Part shown: in pieces, positions 38,281 to 48,353 of the stretch
Layout of the letters: every line of letters begins with the position of its first letter
Position numbering within the stretch: position 1 is the first letter of the stretch
Source of the DNA: Minisyncoccota bacterium
Lineage (GTDB): Bacteria > Patescibacteriota > Minisyncoccia > Phycocordibacterales > UBA918
Reading direction: 5' to 3'
NCBI GenBank assembly: GCA_022841645.1
Contig: JALHRC010000001.1
Coordinates: forward strand, 33,346-97,345
DNA: 64,000 bases
Program-made: the position numbers and the translations under genes
The notes under the pieces: generated by a model
The model's database searches: none
What the model was told of the DNA's origin: nothing
Seen by the model: the letters and a program-made list of their open reading frames with translations, nothing else

Positions 38281-38561
38281 ATCCTGTTACAGTTAAGAAA
38301 AGTTGGTATACCTACGTACTGCAGTCGCTTGCTGATGGTAACTTTTATACTGGAAGTACAGGTGACTTACGAAAGCGAATGAGTGAGCATCGTTCAGGAA
38401 AAACAACCTCGACACGGCACAGACAGCCGCTAGAGCTCATTTATTATGAAATGTGCTTAAGTGAGACCGATGCTCGCGCACGCGAAATATATCTCAAGTC
38501 CGGAATGGGGAAACGATATTTGCGTAATAGACTTACTAGCTTTCTAACTGTAACAGGATGA
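38277..38561 (+). CDS. Stand-alone GIY-YIG nuclease
   Basis: WYTYVLQS...FYTGSTGDLRKRMSEH, LIYYE, ARAREIYLKSG. Confidence 0.9.
   Translation: MNPVTVKKSWYTYVLQSLADGNFYTGSTGDLRKRMSEHRSGKTTSTRHRQPLELIYYEMCLSETDARAREIYLKSGMGKRYLRNRLTSFLTVTG
38283..38557. mobile_element. Putative 275-bp inverted-repeat cassette carrying the GIY-YIG gene
   Basis: Terminal inverted repeats CCTGTTACAGTTA / TAACTGTAACAGG, flanked on both sides by ATGAAT (38277-38282 and 38558-38563). Confidence 0.75.
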
Positions 38562-39319
38562 ATTGGATAGGCCTCTATACCATGTTCCGTCGCGAAGTGG
38601 AGCGCACTATGCGGGTGGTTATCCAGACGTTGGTTGCGCCGGTTATTTCGGCAGCGCTTTATTTGTTCATCTTCGGAACCGTCATCGGGACGAAGATAGA
38701 CGACTTTGCCGGTGTACCGTACATCACGTTCGTATTTCCTGGCGTCCTTATGCTCTCTATCATCAACGCGTCGTTTTCAAGTGCGTCGTCCGCGCTGTAC
38801 TTCATGCGTTTTACCCGCGGTCTTGAAGAAATTCTGATCGCCCCTTTTTCCTACTTTGAAATGCTCCTCGGGTTTGTGGGAAGCGCGGTGACGCGCGCAC
38901 TCATGGTCGCGTTTCTTATCTTGGGGGTAGGACTACTGTTTGGTGCGGTATCGCTGGTTAACCCCCTGGGCTTTATCTTTTACGTGGCCGCCATCTCAGC
39001 CATTTTTGCTATGCTCGGTATTCTCGTTGCGCTGTGGGCAGAAGGCTTTGAACAGCTGCAGGCACTCAATACCTTTGTGATTACCCCGCTCACGTATTTA
39101 GGTGGCATTTTTTACTCCATCACGATGCTGCCGCCACTGGCCGCTCAAATTACTATCCTAAATCCTTTCTTTTACTTCGCTGACGGCATTCGTAGCAGCA
39201 TGATTGGTTATAGCGAAGCTGATGCCGCTGTGGGACTCATAGTTATTCTGGGCCTGGTAATTGTTCTTGGAGCAACCGTCACGCATATTTTCCGGATTGG
39301 TTGGAAGATTCGGGCATAG
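38558..39319 (+). CDS. ABC-2 exporter permease (YadH-like)
   Basis: QTLVAPVIS..LY..IFG, YITFVFPG, PLTYLGGIFYS, NPFFY..DGIR. Confidence 0.92.
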   Translation: MNWIGLYTMFRREVERTMRVVIQTLVAPVISAALYLFIFGTVIGTKIDDFAGVPYITFVFPGVLMLSIINASFSSASSALYFMRFTRGLEEILIAPFSYFEMLLGFVGSAVTRALMVAFLILGVGLLFGAVSLVNPLGFIFYVAAISAIFAMLGILVALWAEGFEQLQALNTFVITPLTYLGGIFYSITMLPPLAAQITILNPFFYFADGIRSSMIGYSEADAAVGLIVILGLVIVLGATVTHIFRIGWKIRA

Positions 39320-39381
39320 TTGTGTTTTGCACACAGGCTTCACAACCAAGTGCGCGTCGTCCTGCTACACTACGGGGTAGT

Positions 39382-40410
39382 ATGAAACACGCTACCAAGC
39401 TCTACGAAACAGTTGCTGCACTGATGGCACCCGGCAAGGGTATTTTGGCCGCTGACGAAAGTGACGCCACGGCGGGGAAGCGCCTCGCGATGGTACACCT
39501 CCCCAATGAGCCAGAACACCGACAAGACTTCCGCGAACTCCTCTTTACTGCTCCAGGTATCGAAGAATATCTTTCTGGTGTTATTCTCTACGATTCTTCG
39601 ATCAAGAATTTTACCGACGACGGTGTACCATTTCCTGATGTACTGACTGCCAAGGGTATTGTGCCCGGCATCAAGGTGGATATTGGTACCAAGGACCTTC
39701 ACGGGTTTAAGGGTGAGGTAGTCACCGAAGGACTCGATGGTCTCGACGATCGCTTTGCCGAATACTATGAGCTGGGGGCGCGGTTTGCTAAGTGGCGATC
39801 AGTTATTTTGATTGATGAAGAGCACACTCCAACTGACGCCGCCCTTGAGATGAACGCGCTCCAACTCGCACGCTACGCGCAGCTCGCCCAAGCTGCGGGC
39901 ATTGTACCTATGGTCGAGCCAGAAGTGCTCTATGCCGGTGATCACTCAATTGCACGGGCGGAAATGGTGACTACTCGTACCCTACAGATCCTTTTCCAAG
40001 CCTTGATTAAATACCGCGTCGATTTACCAGGGCTGATTCTTAAGTCCTCGATGGTGCTCGCGGGCGACATGAATCACGACCAATCATTGCCAGAAGAGAT
40101 TGCGAACGCCACCCTCAGGACCTTTCATATGTCGGTACCACACGAGGTGGGCGGAATTGTCTTTCTCTCCGGTGGCCAAACACCCAAGCGCGCGACTGAA
40201 AACCTCAACGCCATTGCGAAGCTCGGTGAACAACCATGGCCGATCACCTTCTCCTACTCCCGCGCGATTGAAGAGCCCGTTCTCCTTACCTGGCAAGGCA
40301 AGCCAGAGAACATTCCTGAGGCACAAAAAATGCTCCTCCATGCGGTAAAGATGAATAGCCTGGCGGCCCAGGGGCAGTATGATGCGGCGAAGGATACGAA
40401 GTTGAAGTAG
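39382..40410 (+). CDS. Fructose-bisphosphate aldolase class I
   Basis: GKGILAADES, GIKVD, FAKWR, VPMVEPEV, FLSGGQ, TFSYSRA. Confidence 0.95.
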   Translation: MKHATKLYETVAALMAPGKGILAADESDATAGKRLAMVHLPNEPEHRQDFRELLFTAPGIEEYLSGVILYDSSIKNFTDDGVPFPDVLTAKGIVPGIKVDIGTKDLHGFKGEVVTEGLDGLDDRFAEYYELGARFAKWRSVILIDEEHTPTDAALEMNALQLARYAQLAQAAGIVPMVEPEVLYAGDHSIARAEMVTTRTLQILFQALIKYRVDLPGLILKSSMVLAGDMNHDQSLPEEIANATLRTFHMSVPHEVGGIVFLSGGQTPKRATENLNAIAKLGEQPWPITFSYSRAIEEPVLLTWQGKPENIPEAQKMLLHAVKMNSLAAQGQYDAAKDTKLK

Positions 40411-40442
40411 CAAAAAAGCTCCCTTCGGGAGCTTTTTTGCTA
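40408..40442. terminator. Bidirectional intrinsic terminator
   Basis: TAGCAAAAAAGCTCCC-TTC-GGGAGCTTTTTTGCTA. Confidence 0.8.
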
Positions 40443-40540
40443 ACAGATAATGTGGTAGTTCGGAGTGGTAGTTCCAGCGATTTGCCCAAGGGAAAGGCAA
40501 ATCGGGAACAAAATTCGCCATAGTCGCTACGCTCGTTGGC

Positions 40541-40720
40541 TCATTTTTTTTGCTTATATACAGTATGCTTCTTCGCTACCGGGTTGAACTTCTTCAGCTC
40601 GAGCTTCTTTGAGGGGTCCTTTTTCGTCTTATTATTATAACGGACGTAGTACGTGTGACCTTTGCCGACACCTTTGCTGTCGCCGGCACTGACGAGCTTG
40701 ATAAGTAAATCCTGTGACAT
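40541..40720 (-). CDS. rpmG: 50S ribosomal protein L33 (Cys-less form)
   Basis: IKLVS...GHTYY...KKLELKKFNPVAKKHTVYKQKK. Confidence 0.9.
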   Translation of the reverse strand: MSQDLLIKLVSAGDSKGVGKGHTYYVRYNNKTKKDPSKKLELKKFNPVAKKHTVYKQKK

Positions 40721-40905
40721 AGTGGCCGCAATACTACCAAAAGTGGGGCCAGTCGTCAACTTTAGGCCATCTTTGGCACACCTATCAACAGGCGGTGGTG
40801 TACATAAAAAACTTATGGAAACCCTGCGTGCTATCATGGCTTCGTGGCCTCTAAAACCACGACACATCTGTCATCCTCACAGAGGCGTTTTTTCTATAAG
40901 CGCCT

Positions 40906-42129
40906 ATGAGAGTACTTACGTTTGGCTGGGATTATCCCCCGACCCGCAATGGCGGTTTGGGTGTTGCTTGTTATGGTCTTACGCGCGAACTCCTCGGTCA
41001 GGGGGTAGAGGTGATCTTTGTGCTCCCCAAGCGGCAGCCAGTCCTTGGGGGCACCCGCTTTGTCTTTGCCGAAGACACCAAAGCCGTACGAGTTCGAGAG
41101 GTGGACGCCGTACTACAGCCCTACCACCAAGCGAGCAGCTTGGTGCATTTTATTGACGGCTATGACGCCGTGGGAGCACCCATCATCCGTAGTCGGCGCC
41201 TCATTGATGAAGTCCACCGCTTTGCCCACGCTGCCGCACAAATTGCGCGCGAAGAGTCTTTCGATATCATTCATGCTCACGACTGGACCGCCTACCTCGC
41301 TGGTGTGGCCGCCAAGCGCGCCTCGGGAAAGCCACTGGTTCTCCATGTCCACGCCACATCATTTGACCAGGCGGCCAGTGAACATGTCGACCCCGATATT
41401 TATCAAATCGAACGTGAGGCGTTTGCTGTTGCTGATAAGGTGGTGACGGTGAGTCACTTCACGAAGCAGGTTGTCGTCGAGCGCCACGGTGTGCCGGCCG
41501 CCAAGGTAGTAGTCGTCCATAATGGTTGCGATGTCCATGAACCACCAAGGCACGAGCCCACCCTGCGTGAGCTAAAGGCCCAAGGCAAGCACATTGTGCT
41601 CTATCACGGTCGCATTACTATCCAGAAGGGTGTTGACTATTTTGTGCGGGCGGCTCGGCGGGTAGTGGATGTAGACCCAAAAGTCGTGTTTGTAATTTCA
41701 GGGTGGGGCGATATGACGAGGCAGATTATAGAACAAGTAGGCCAGCTTGGACTGAGCGCACATGTCATCTTTGCCGGTGCCCTGTGGGAGGAGGAGCGTG
41801 ACCGGATGTACCAAAGCGTTGACTTGGTGGTCATGCCCTCAGTGTCAGAGCCATTTGGCCTCGTGCCACTCGAGGCCCTGCAGCACGGTACGCCATCGGT
41901 CATCACCAAGCAATCAGGAGTAGGTGAGGTACTTGCCCACGTTTTACGGGTAGATTTTTGGGATGTTGATGAAATGGCCAACAAAATTTTGGCCGCCTTG
42001 CGGTATCCGGTGATGCGTGGGCAGCTTGTCGCCGAGGGTAGGCAACAACTGGCACACCTCTCGTGGAAAGAAGCCGCCCATAAAGTCTACGAGTTGTACC
42101 GTCGACTGGTACAATGGGTCGCCACCTAG
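40906..42129 (+). CDS. GT4 glycosyltransferase (glycogen-synthase-like)
   Basis: GWDYPP..GGLG, HAHDW, GRITIQKG, PSVSEPFGLVPLEA. Confidence 0.9.
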   Translation: MRVLTFGWDYPPTRNGGLGVACYGLTRELLGQGVEVIFVLPKRQPVLGGTRFVFAEDTKAVRVREVDAVLQPYHQASSLVHFIDGYDAVGAPIIRSRRLIDEVHRFAHAAAQIAREESFDIIHAHDWTAYLAGVAAKRASGKPLVLHVHATSFDQAASEHVDPDIYQIEREAFAVADKVVTVSHFTKQVVVERHGVPAAKVVVVHNGCDVHEPPRHEPTLRELKAQGKHIVLYHGRITIQKGVDYFVRAARRVVDVDPKVVFVISGWGDMTRQIIEQVGQLGLSAHVIFAGALWEEERDRMYQSVDLVVMPSVSEPFGLVPLEALQHGTPSVITKQSGVGEVLAHVLRVDFWDVDEMANKILAALRYPVMRGQLVAEGRQQLAHLSWKEAAHKVYELYRRLVQWVAT

Positions 42130-42133
42130 TGCC

Positions 42134-43558
42134 ATGCTTACCGTTTGTCCGTACTTCCATGTGCACCAGCCGTACCGCGTCAAACGCTATCGTGTATTTG
42201 ATATTGGTAATGATCCTGAGTATTTCAATGCCGACGACGAGACTGATTTAAATAATCGCCGCATTGTCGAGAAGGTTGCCAATAAATCCTACCGTCCTAC
42301 CAATAAGGTGCTGGGCGATCTGCTCGAAAATCATCCAGAGTTTTGCTTCGCCTTATCTTTTTCGGGAACGGCGCTCGATCAGTTCGAGGAGTACGCACCC
42401 GATGTTTTAGAGTCCTTTCAGAAACTCATTGCGACAGGTCGCGTAGAAGTACTGGCCGACACCTACCACCACTCACTCGCGTTCTTTTATTCTGTTCCAG
42501 AATTTGAGCGACAGGTCAACAAGCACCGCGCCCGCATCGAGTCGCTGTTTGGCGTGACGCCGCGCGTGTTTCGTAACACCGAGCTCTCCTACCGCAATGA
42601 CCTGGCGCGTTGGTGTGAGGACAATGGCTACGTCGGTATCATGGCGGAAGGGTGGGATAAGTACCTGGGGTGGCGCAGCCCCAATTACGTTTACCGTCCG
42701 ATAGGCTGCTCGACCATCAAAGTACTCCTTAAAAACTACAAGCTCTCCGACGACATAGCCTTTCGTTTTGGCAATCGGGGCTGGGCAAGTTGGCCACTCT
42801 CGGCCGACACCTTTGCTTCGTGGGTGCACGCTCACCATGGAGATGGGCAGACCGTCAATCTTTTCATGGATTACGAAACCTTTGGTGAGCATCAGTGGGA
42901 AGACACGGGTATTTTTAATTTTCTCCGGGCCCTTCCTGAAGTTTTGTTGCGTCACCCCGACACCTCGTTTAAGACACCAACCGAAACTGCCGAGAGCTAC
43001 GAACCGGTTGGTGAATTTGATGTTCCAGAGATTCTCACTTGGGCTGACACCGATCGCGACCTCACTGCCTGGACCGGCAACGACATTCAGCGCGATGCGA
43101 TTGCTGCTACCTATCGTCTCGAGGCTGATCTCATGGACATCGGTGACGAAAAGCTCATTGAAACGTGGCGCAAACTGCAAACGTCTGACCACTTCTACTA
43201 CATGTGCACGAAGTGGTCCGCCGACGGTGATGTACACGCGTACTTCAGTCCGTACCAATCCCCATATGATGCGTATATCGCTTTCATGAATGCCCTTAGT
43301 GACTTACAATTGAGAGTGAACGATGCGAAAGTGCGGGCAGCACATCTTGCTGCACCGGCGCTTATATCACAGTCGCTCGTGGTGGTGCGAGAGCCAGAAA
43401 GTTTTTGGCGTACCGTACGGGAGTGGGGAGAGTATATCGTCGCGTGGGCTCGCCGAATGGTGATAAAAATAGCGAAACTTATTAGTTCATTGTGGCAGCA
43501 GTATAGTTCTTACATTTTTTATGGTACGAAAAAAGACCGCAACAGCGACCGCTCCTAA
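42134..43558 (+). CDS. GH57 alpha-amylase-like glycoside hydrolase
   Basis: HVHQP, FRNTEL, FMDYETFGEHQW, LQTSDHFYYM. Confidence 0.92.
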   Translation: MLTVCPYFHVHQPYRVKRYRVFDIGNDPEYFNADDETDLNNRRIVEKVANKSYRPTNKVLGDLLENHPEFCFALSFSGTALDQFEEYAPDVLESFQKLIATGRVEVLADTYHHSLAFFYSVPEFERQVNKHRARIESLFGVTPRVFRNTELSYRNDLARWCEDNGYVGIMAEGWDKYLGWRSPNYVYRPIGCSTIKVLLKNYKLSDDIAFRFGNRGWASWPLSADTFASWVHAHHGDGQTVNLFMDYETFGEHQWEDTGIFNFLRALPEVLLRHPDTSFKTPTETAESYEPVGEFDVPEILTWADTDRDLTAWTGNDIQRDAIAATYRLEADLMDIGDEKLIETWRKLQTSDHFYYMCTKWSADGDVHAYFSPYQSPYDAYIAFMNALSDLQLRVNDAKVRAAHLAAPALISQSLVVVREPESFWRTVREWGEYIVAWARRMVIKIAKLISSLWQQYSSYIFYGTKKDRNSDRS

Positions 43559-43868
43559 AAAAGCCGTCGCCAAGAAAATCAAAATCGAGCACGCCGCTCG
43601 TCCGCTCGTCTACGCCAATGACCCGGAGTCGTTTTGGGTAGTCAATGGCAAGATTCTTAATAGTCTGCTCTCGCTCCGCGAGGCACTCGTTCACATGGAC
43701 AAGGACACGTACAGTCATCACGTGAATGCACAGAGGAATGACTTTGCCGACTGGGTGGCAGTGGTGCTTTCTGACAGTGCCTGTGCGGCGGACCTGCGGC
43801 GCGCCAAAACAGCTGCCTCGGCAGGGACTGTTGTTTCGCGTCACCTCGCTCACTACCTCCTTCCATAA
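43521..43868 (+). CDS. Small conserved protein of alpha-glucan clusters (DUF5752-like)
   Basis: FWVVNG..L.SL..L...L, HHV..RNDFADWV. Confidence 0.6.
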   Translation: MVRKKTATATAPKKAVAKKIKIEHAARPLVYANDPESFWVVNGKILNSLLSLREALVHMDKDTYSHHVNAQRNDFADWVAVVLSDSACAADLRRAKTAASAGTVVSRHLAHYLLP

Positions 43869-43874
43869 GCGCCC

Positions 43875-45851
43875 ATGGCCCGCGCTTTCACTATTGGGAA
43901 CGGCAATCTACTCGTCGGCATTGACGGGCGCGGCCAGGTGCGCGACATCTATTTTCCGTTTGTTGGTGAATCAAACCACGTGAGTGGAGCCTCGGGTAAT
44001 TTTGTTCACCGTATCGGTGTTTTTGCCGATGGGGTGATGGCGTGGTTTGATGACCCGGCCTGGGAGTTTGATTTTAGTGGCACAAGCGGGACAATGATTG
44101 GACATTTTATTGCGAGACACCACGCGCTCGGGATAGAAGTTGAGGCTGCTGACGCGGTCCACAATGAACACAATGTTCTCATTCGTCTCTTCACCGTGCG
44201 CAATCTGCGCGAGGACGAGCGCACGGTAAAACTTTTTCTAGCGCAACAGTTTCGCATTGGTGAATCGCGGCGGGGCGACACGGCTTTTTATGATCCACGT
44301 GTGCGCGCCATCGTGCACTACAAAGGCACTACCACTTTTCTCGTGAATGCTAGCCGAGGTGCTGTCCAGTTTACCGAATACAACATCGGTCTCTTTGGTA
44401 TTGAAGGCAGGGAAGGTACGTACCTTGATGCAATGGACGGTCGCCTTGAAGGCAATCCGATTGAACATGGCTCGGTCGATTCTGTTATCGGTGTGTCGTG
44501 CCCGCTTACGCCCCAGGGGGAGTGTGTGGTGTCGTACTGGGTGGTGGTAGGGGAGTCGGTACCAGCGGTACACGAACTTGATGCGCATGTGCTTAAAGAA
44601 ACGCCAGAACGTCTCCTTTCTTCGACTGAAGCCTACTGGCAGGCCTGGGCGGAGAAGGATGGTCGCGACCTGTCGCCCCTTTCTACCGCTATGCAGACTC
44701 TCTTTCGCCGGTCGCTGATGGTTATGCGTGTCCATGCCGATAATCGCGGCGGTATTATCGCCTCCTCCGACACCGACATGCTCCATCACGGCCGCGACAC
44801 CTATTCCTACGTCTGGCCGCGTGACGCGGCTATTATTGCCCACACCTTTGATCGTACTGGCTACCCAGACGTCGCCAAGCGTTTTTACACCTTCGCCGCC
44901 TCGGTGCGCGAACCGGGTGGGTACCTCATGCACAAATACCGCAGTGACGGTGTGCTCGGGAGTTCATGGCACGCCTGGATGCGTGATGGACGGCCTTGTC
45001 TCCCCATTCAGGAAGATGAAACCGCTACCACCATCGTCATGCTCTGGCACCACTACGAGCGCGAGCGTGATCTCGAGTTCATCGAATCACTCTACAATTC
45101 TTTTATCGAGCCAGCGGCACAGTTTATGGCGGAGTTTATCGAACCGACGACCGGACTACCCGAGCCATCGTACGATTTGTGGGAAGAAAAATACGGCATC
45201 TCGACATACACGGCATCATCGGTGTACGGTGCTATGATGGCGGCTGCGCGTTTTGCCACACTCCTTGGTAAAGACCCCGATGCGCGCGCCTACCAAGCGA
45301 TTGCCCAACGGTTGCAAATTGCTATCGGAACGCATCTCTACGACCCCGAATTAAAAATGTTTGTGAAGCAGATCATGATTGATGAAGCCGGTAACCACCA
45401 CGTCGATCGTACGCTCGACGTCAGTAGCTTCTACGGCCCCTTCTTCTTTGGTGTTTTCGAGGCTGAGGATGAGCGCTTAAAAACAGCGCTCAGTACCGTC
45501 GAGGCGAAGCTCTCAGCTCCCGGCGCGAGTCAGGGCTACGTCCGTTACGAAGGTGACGCCTACTACCGCATGCACGATGCCGGTTCCCCAAATCCTTGGG
45601 TAGTGACTACCTTGTGGGTAGCACAGTACTACATCGAGCGTGCGCGGAAACTCACCGACCTTAAGCGTCCCCTCGAGCTCCTCGCGTGGACGGTCTCACA
45701 CGCTGCCGGCAGCGGCATGCTCGCTGAGCAAATGCACCCGACGACTCGTGTTCACCTCTCCACCGCGCCTTTGGTGTGGAGTCACGCCGAATACGTGCTG
45801 GCTGTCGAGGCATACCTCGAGAAATACCGCGCCCTTACCGAGGAGAAATAA
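43875..45851 (+). CDS. GH15 glucoamylase-like glycoside hydrolase
   Basis: GGIIAS, YSYVWPRDA, QEDET, DLWEE, LAEQ, PLVWSHAEY. Confidence 0.92.
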   Translation: MARAFTIGNGNLLVGIDGRGQVRDIYFPFVGESNHVSGASGNFVHRIGVFADGVMAWFDDPAWEFDFSGTSGTMIGHFIARHHALGIEVEAADAVHNEHNVLIRLFTVRNLREDERTVKLFLAQQFRIGESRRGDTAFYDPRVRAIVHYKGTTTFLVNASRGAVQFTEYNIGLFGIEGREGTYLDAMDGRLEGNPIEHGSVDSVIGVSCPLTPQGECVVSYWVVVGESVPAVHELDAHVLKETPERLLSSTEAYWQAWAEKDGRDLSPLSTAMQTLFRRSLMVMRVHADNRGGIIASSDTDMLHHGRDTYSYVWPRDAAIIAHTFDRTGYPDVAKRFYTFAASVREPGGYLMHKYRSDGVLGSSWHAWMRDGRPCLPIQEDETATTIVMLWHHYERERDLEFIESLYNSFIEPAAQFMAEFIEPTTGLPEPSYDLWEEKYGISTYTASSVYGAMMAAARFATLLGKDPDARAYQAIAQRLQIAIGTHLYDPELKMFVKQIMIDEAGNHHVDRTLDVSSFYGPFFFGVFEAEDERLKTALSTVEAKLSAPGASQGYVRYEGDAYYRMHDAGSPNPWVVTTLWVAQYYIERARKLTDLKRPLELLAWTVSHAAGSGMLAEQMHPTTRVHLSTAPLVWSHAEYVLAVEAYLEKYRALTEEK

Positions 45852-46698
45852 AGCGCTTGGTCCAAAGGCCCCAGCTGCCTATAAGCGACCGGTAGCGGCC
45901 GATCGTGGTGCGATGAATCGACCACGCGAGGCCACGAGTACCCACAGACTGCGCCAGTACATCGGCCAGGGTACGCATGTACGTGCCCGACGAACAGATG
46001 CAGGTAAACGAAAGAAGGCAGAATGTATCGTCGGATTTACCCGCGGCCGCAACGCGCTCCCAGCTCGCGTATACGTCGCTGCGGCGAAAGTCATTGCCGA
46101 GGGCTTTTCGTTCGTCAGTGACAGTGGGAAGAAGAGCGATTTTTTGTGTCGCTTCGCTATACATCTCTGCTCGCGATAGTGATCGTTTTCCGGTGAACGT
46201 AAGTGTATGAATGGTCGAGGTTTTGAAGGGAATGGTAATTTCGTCTAGTCGACCGGTTACTGCCCAAGTGTGGAGGGGTATGCCACTGACTGTCCGCGAT
46301 GAGTAGTGGGGGTAGGGGAGAGTAATTTTCCCAACATGCGAGGCTGAAGTGGCGGCCCAGTCGCTAGAGCTTTGGTAATCATGGGGTTGCTCCTCGATAA
46401 GACCAAGCACGTCGCCACTATCAGACGAGATGCCTAAGAGGACTTCAATTTCGTACGCCTTATCCAGACCATGGTACGCGTCTTGGCGCTTACATTCCTC
46501 ACCAACAAGCACGAGTAAAACCCCCGATGCCATCGGATCAAGGCGTCCGGCGTAGGCCATAGGAACACCTTTAAGTTCGGGGTGTTTCTCGCGGTATTTT
46601 TCCAAACAAACCAGTGGAGTTTCTCCCACTCGTTTATCCAAGACCACGTAGCGCGGTAGGGACACAGGCGCTCGCTTAGCCACCAAATGGATTACCAC
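45835..46698 (-). CDS. truB: tRNA pseudouridine synthase TruB-like (start codon uncertain)
   Basis: YAGRLDPMASGVL, CSSGTYMRTL. Confidence 0.8.
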   Translation of the reverse strand: MVIHLVAKRAPVSLPRYVVLDKRVGETPLVCLEKYREKHPELKGVPMAYAGRLDPMASGVLLVLVGEECKRQDAYHGLDKAYEIEVLLGISSDSGDVLGLIEEQPHDYQSSSDWAATSASHVGKITLPYPHYSSRTVSGIPLHTWAVTGRLDEITIPFKTSTIHTLTFTGKRSLSRAEMYSEATQKIALLPTVTDERKALGNDFRRSDVYASWERVAAAGKSDDTFCLLSFTCICSSGTYMRTLADVLAQSVGTRGLAWSIHRTTIGRYRSLIGSWGLWTKRFISPR

Positions 46699-46778
46699 CT
46701 AAAAAGGCATTGAGGATAGCAATCGCGACCAAAATGGCGATAGCAATGGCAACAGCTTTCATATGCTACCAGTATAGC

Positions 46779-48152
46779 TTATTCGTTGGGTACGAAGGTG
46801 AGCGCACTTCCACGCTTGTCACCACGGCCAGTACGACCAATGCGGTGCACGTAGTCTTCGTAGGTACCAGGGAGGTCGTAGTTGATTACGTGCGATACGT
46901 TGTCGACGTGGATACCGCGCGCAGCGACGTCGGTCGCCACCAGTACCTTCACCTCGCCACTCTTAAAGCGGGTAAGGGCGCGTTGGCGCTGACCATGCGA
47001 CTTGTTGCCGTGGATAGACTCGGCGGGGATGCCGGTCTTAGACAGTTCGATACCGAGCTTTTCGACACTGTGCTTCATCGCACCAAAGACGATTACGCGG
47101 GTAAACTCGGCCTTGCCAAGCAGGGTAACGAGGAGATCAAACTTGTGGGCATGATCATAGCGCACCACGTCTTGCGAAATCGCGGCAGTAATATCCTTCT
47201 TGCGTACCGAAACAGTAAGCGGGTCATTGAGAAATTCGTGGACGAGGCCCTCGATACTCTTTGACATGGTAGCTGAGAAGAAGAGGGTCTGCGCATTTTC
47301 CGGTACATCCTTGAGGATGGTCTTCATGTCATGGATGAATCCCATGTCGAGCATACGGTCAGCCTCGTCGAGAACGGCGGTAGTGACACGAGTGGTGTCG
47401 ATAAAACCACGCTCCATGAGGTCCTGGACACGGCCTGGCGTACCGATAATAAAGTTGTTCTTGCGCTTCAGTCCTGCAATTTGTGGGCGAATGTTAGCAC
47501 CTCCCACGCAGACGGTGGAGAAGAGCTTCATGTGCGGCGTGAGCTTGCGCAATTCCTGCTCGATCTGGATCGCGAGTTCGCGGGTAGGAGTGAGGATGAG
47601 GGTGACGCGGTTGCGGTCCCGCAGAGTATGGTGAATGATCGGGAGAAGGAACGCTGCAGTTTTGCCGGTGCCGGTTTGGGCGAGGCCAATAACATCCTTG
47701 CCTTCCAAAATAGGCATGATGGTCTGGTCCTGGATGGCACTTGGCACTTCAATACCTAGGCTATGGACTGCTCGCACAATCTCGGGCGCGAGGCCAAAGT
47801 CGTTGAAGGTGTGCGTTGGTACGTAGGCTGTCTCCGTCTCCACGGTTACCGGGTTCTTGTTGATATAGAGTGCAACGTCAAACGACGAACGCTGGCGACC
47901 GCGACCGCGGCCGGCGCCACCACCAAAGTGACCACCACGGCTACCGCTGGCTGAACGATGTGAGCCACCATGGTGTGAGGGGCGACTGCTGTACGAACCA
48001 CGGCTATGACCACCACCGTTGTGGGTGGCACTACTGCGATGCGGACTGTGGGGACGTGCCGATGGACGGTGACTAGTGTTACCGCCAGTGCGGCTCGGCG
48101 AATACGCGCGGCGCGGCGCCGGCGATGCGGGTAAGGGGGGCAATTGATACAT
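46779..48152 (-). CDS. DEAD-box RNA helicase with Gly/Arg/Ser/His-rich N-terminus
   Basis: AQTGTGKT, PTRELA, DEAD, SAT, HRIGRTGR. Confidence 0.95.
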   Translation of the reverse strand: MYQLPPLPASPAPRRAYSPSRTGGNTSHRPSARPHSPHRSSATHNGGGHSRGSYSSRPSHHGGSHRSASGSRGGHFGGGAGRGRGRQRSSFDVALYINKNPVTVETETAYVPTHTFNDFGLAPEIVRAVHSLGIEVPSAIQDQTIMPILEGKDVIGLAQTGTGKTAAFLLPIIHHTLRDRNRVTLILTPTRELAIQIEQELRKLTPHMKLFSTVCVGGANIRPQIAGLKRKNNFIIGTPGRVQDLMERGFIDTTRVTTAVLDEADRMLDMGFIHDMKTILKDVPENAQTLFFSATMSKSIEGLVHEFLNDPLTVSVRKKDITAAISQDVVRYDHAHKFDLLVTLLGKAEFTRVIVFGAMKHSVEKLGIELSKTGIPAESIHGNKSHGQRQRALTRFKSGEVKVLVATDVAARGIHVDNVSHVINYDLPGTYEDYVHRIGRTGRGDKRGSALTFVPNE

Positions 48153-48353
48153 AAAAGCTAACGCTCAAAAAAATAGTAAGCAAAGAAACTTCCAACACTG
48201 CACGAATATGGCAATGCACCTCTGTTCTTTCTCTAGAGGGTGCAGGAGTGTAATGAGAGGGCGAACGTGTCGCCGCGCAGCCTAAGAGCCCTGCACGCAA
48301 TTCCTAAGGTGCCGTTACACTAACATGAAGTAAGCTAAAGGTCAATCACCTAC

